Assembly (NCBI GenBank): GCA_002245135.1
Contig: NGBS01000873.1
Coordinates: forward strand, 310,001-374,000
Length of the DNA stretch: 64,000 nt
Direction: 5' to 3'
Source of the DNA: Proteromonas lacertae
Taxonomy: Eukaryota
Within the stretch, counting starts at the first letter, position 1. Every line of letters starts with the position of its first letter. Shown piece by piece: positions 62,701 to 64,000 of this stretch. Both the position numbers and the translations under genes were made by a program. The notes below the pieces were generated by a model that ran no database searches, had not been told where the DNA came from, and saw only the letters and a list, made by a program, of their open reading frames with translations.

Positions 62701-62987
62701 ATCAACATATACTCATCACAATTGTAGATTTGAAGTATTTTAGAAGGATATATGAAGGGTAGACAATAATCTGACAAAAAGGAGTTTGTCTCAAGGAATT
62801 CTAACATACTCTTCTCTTTCATCCACTTAACATTAATCATTTTCATTACACTAACATCATCATTATATTCTACTACAAAATCTACTTCACTAGCACCTTT
62901 TTCAACTCTCTTTCTTATCTATTCACAATAAAGCAATTAATATACTTTAGAATTAGGTGGTAAGATAGAATTTAATATCTCATTCAT
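59781..62987 (-). CDS. Pseudokinase + LRR protein, copy 2, with a degraded 3' end
   Basis: Collinear paralog of 45471-48794 (IGNLKSSNVIY, VNLCDLY, FKSPEE, IWSIGCVLYEM, LRRs). It has a frameshifting deletion near 60250 and an AT donor at the last intron (60083-60112). Confidence 0.7.
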
Positions 62988-63169
62988 TGATAATTTGAAT
63001 GATTAACTTAATTCTAAAATCTATTCGTTTCATACTTTCAGTTATTTATTTTATAGAAGAATAACAAAGCAAACACAAGATATATAATATATAATTAATA
63101 TTATTATTAGAGAATTAATATTTTTTAAACAAATTACATATATAGATTTACTTAATTGTCAAAGAAAAT

Positions 63170-64000
63170 TCAATTTGCCAACATCTCTGGTTCTACAACA
63201 TCTTCCTTCTTAAATTCCATCACATTATTAACAACTTCAACATCTATGTAATTTTCTTTATTTTCTAAACTGAAATCTGGATTCTTTACCAATTTAGAAG
63301 ATGCTCTTGTTTGTTGTGGTGGAGTTTGATTTCCTCTATTTATATTATTATTTTGCTGTGAAGATTGTTGTTCTTTCATTGCAACTAATTCAGATTTCAC
63401 TGATGATAATTCTTTTTCTAAATCTGAGCATTTATTCTTCAAGTCAGTATTTTCTTTTATTAATTCTGCTGAATTACCTCCACTTATAACTGCTGCTGTT
63501 GTATTATCACCACTTCCAGTGGCATCCTTGTATTTCTCTACCAAAGATGCCATATATTTCATATAATGTAATACATTAGTATTTGTTTCACATAAGGCTT
63601 GTTGATATGTATGTAATACAGTGGTAATCTGTCTTTTCAAAATCACAACGTAATTCTTTAATTCTGGGATATTATTGACTGATGCTGGTAATGGTTGATG
63701 TATTAGTTTGATTATTTCATTCATTGAAGTATTGACTGAAGCTGTAGTAGGAAGTGGTAATAATGCATCATCTTTTGGCATTACTATATTTACTGTGTTT
63801 TTTCTACCTGTCATATGTAGTCTTTGAGATGATGATAAATTCATATTGCTTGCCTTACGAGGTGGTAAAGGAGTTCCATCAACTCCAGTTGATGGCTTTC
63901 TATTGAGTGGTGATACTCCTCCTCCTGTAGATACTTTTCGTACTGGTGATACTGCACCATTTGACATTTTTCTTACGGGTGATCCTCCATTTGATACTTT
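63170..64000 (-). CDS. 3' part of a hypothetical coiled-coil protein (continues beyond the window)
   Basis: The frame is open to the window edge. It has repeated RKxS/SP motifs and a coiled coil ELIKENTDLKNKCSDLEKEL. TGA at 63170-63172. Confidence 0.7.
   Translation of the reverse strand, partial: KVSNGGSPVRKMSNGAVSPVRKVSTGGGVSPLNRKPSTGVDGTPLPPRKASNMNLSSSQRLHMTGRKNTVNIVMPKDDALLPLPTTASVNTSMNEIIKLIHQPLPASVNNIPELKNYVVILKRQITTVLHTYQQALCETNTNVLHYMKYMASLVEKYKDATGSGDNTTAAVISGGNSAELIKENTDLKNKCSDLEKELSSVKSELVAMKEQQSSQQNNNINRGNQTPPQQTRASSKLVKNPDFSLENKENYIDVEVVNNVMEFKKEDVVEPEMLAN

Noticed and set aside
1..64000. Alternative genetic code or stop-codon readthrough to explain the fragmented ORFs
   Set aside because: Tiny introns explain nearly all breaks, and TAA, TAG and TGA all end conserved proteins at the expected positions.
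1..64000. Stop codons created by polyadenylation
   Set aside because: Every gene end I reconstructed has an encoded stop codon.

Overview
Gene-dense, very AT-rich (roughly a quarter GC by eye) eukaryotic nuclear DNA. Introns are tiny (mostly about 24-45 nt, GTA...TAG), intergenic spacers are short and the genetic code is standard. The intron size, a presequence-bearing propionyl-CoA carboxylase beta subunit and a giant He_PIG/PA14-type surface protein suggest a Blastocystis-like gut stramenopile (inference). About 30 multi-exon genes were reconstructed by hand, including hexokinase, CCDC47, CCDC113, PCCB, a P4-ATPase, glycine C-acetyltransferase, UTP4, a CHY zinc finger, a Qc-SNARE, a SHAQKYF Myb and lysyl-tRNA synthetase. 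No rRNA, tRNA or CRISPR was seen. The most notable items are: an apparently domesticated IS630/Tc1-like DDE transposase with low-complexity tails; a 60-nt AT-AC (U12-type) intron in the P4-ATPase; a receiver-TPR-cNMP-cNMP fusion protein; two pseudokinase-LRR paralogs; a head-to-head pair of PA14/Ig surface-lectin genes; an axonemal gene; and a textbook E2F site. Several single-base frameshifts in conserved genes are most likely consensus errors. All domain calls come from motif recognition by eye, not database searches.
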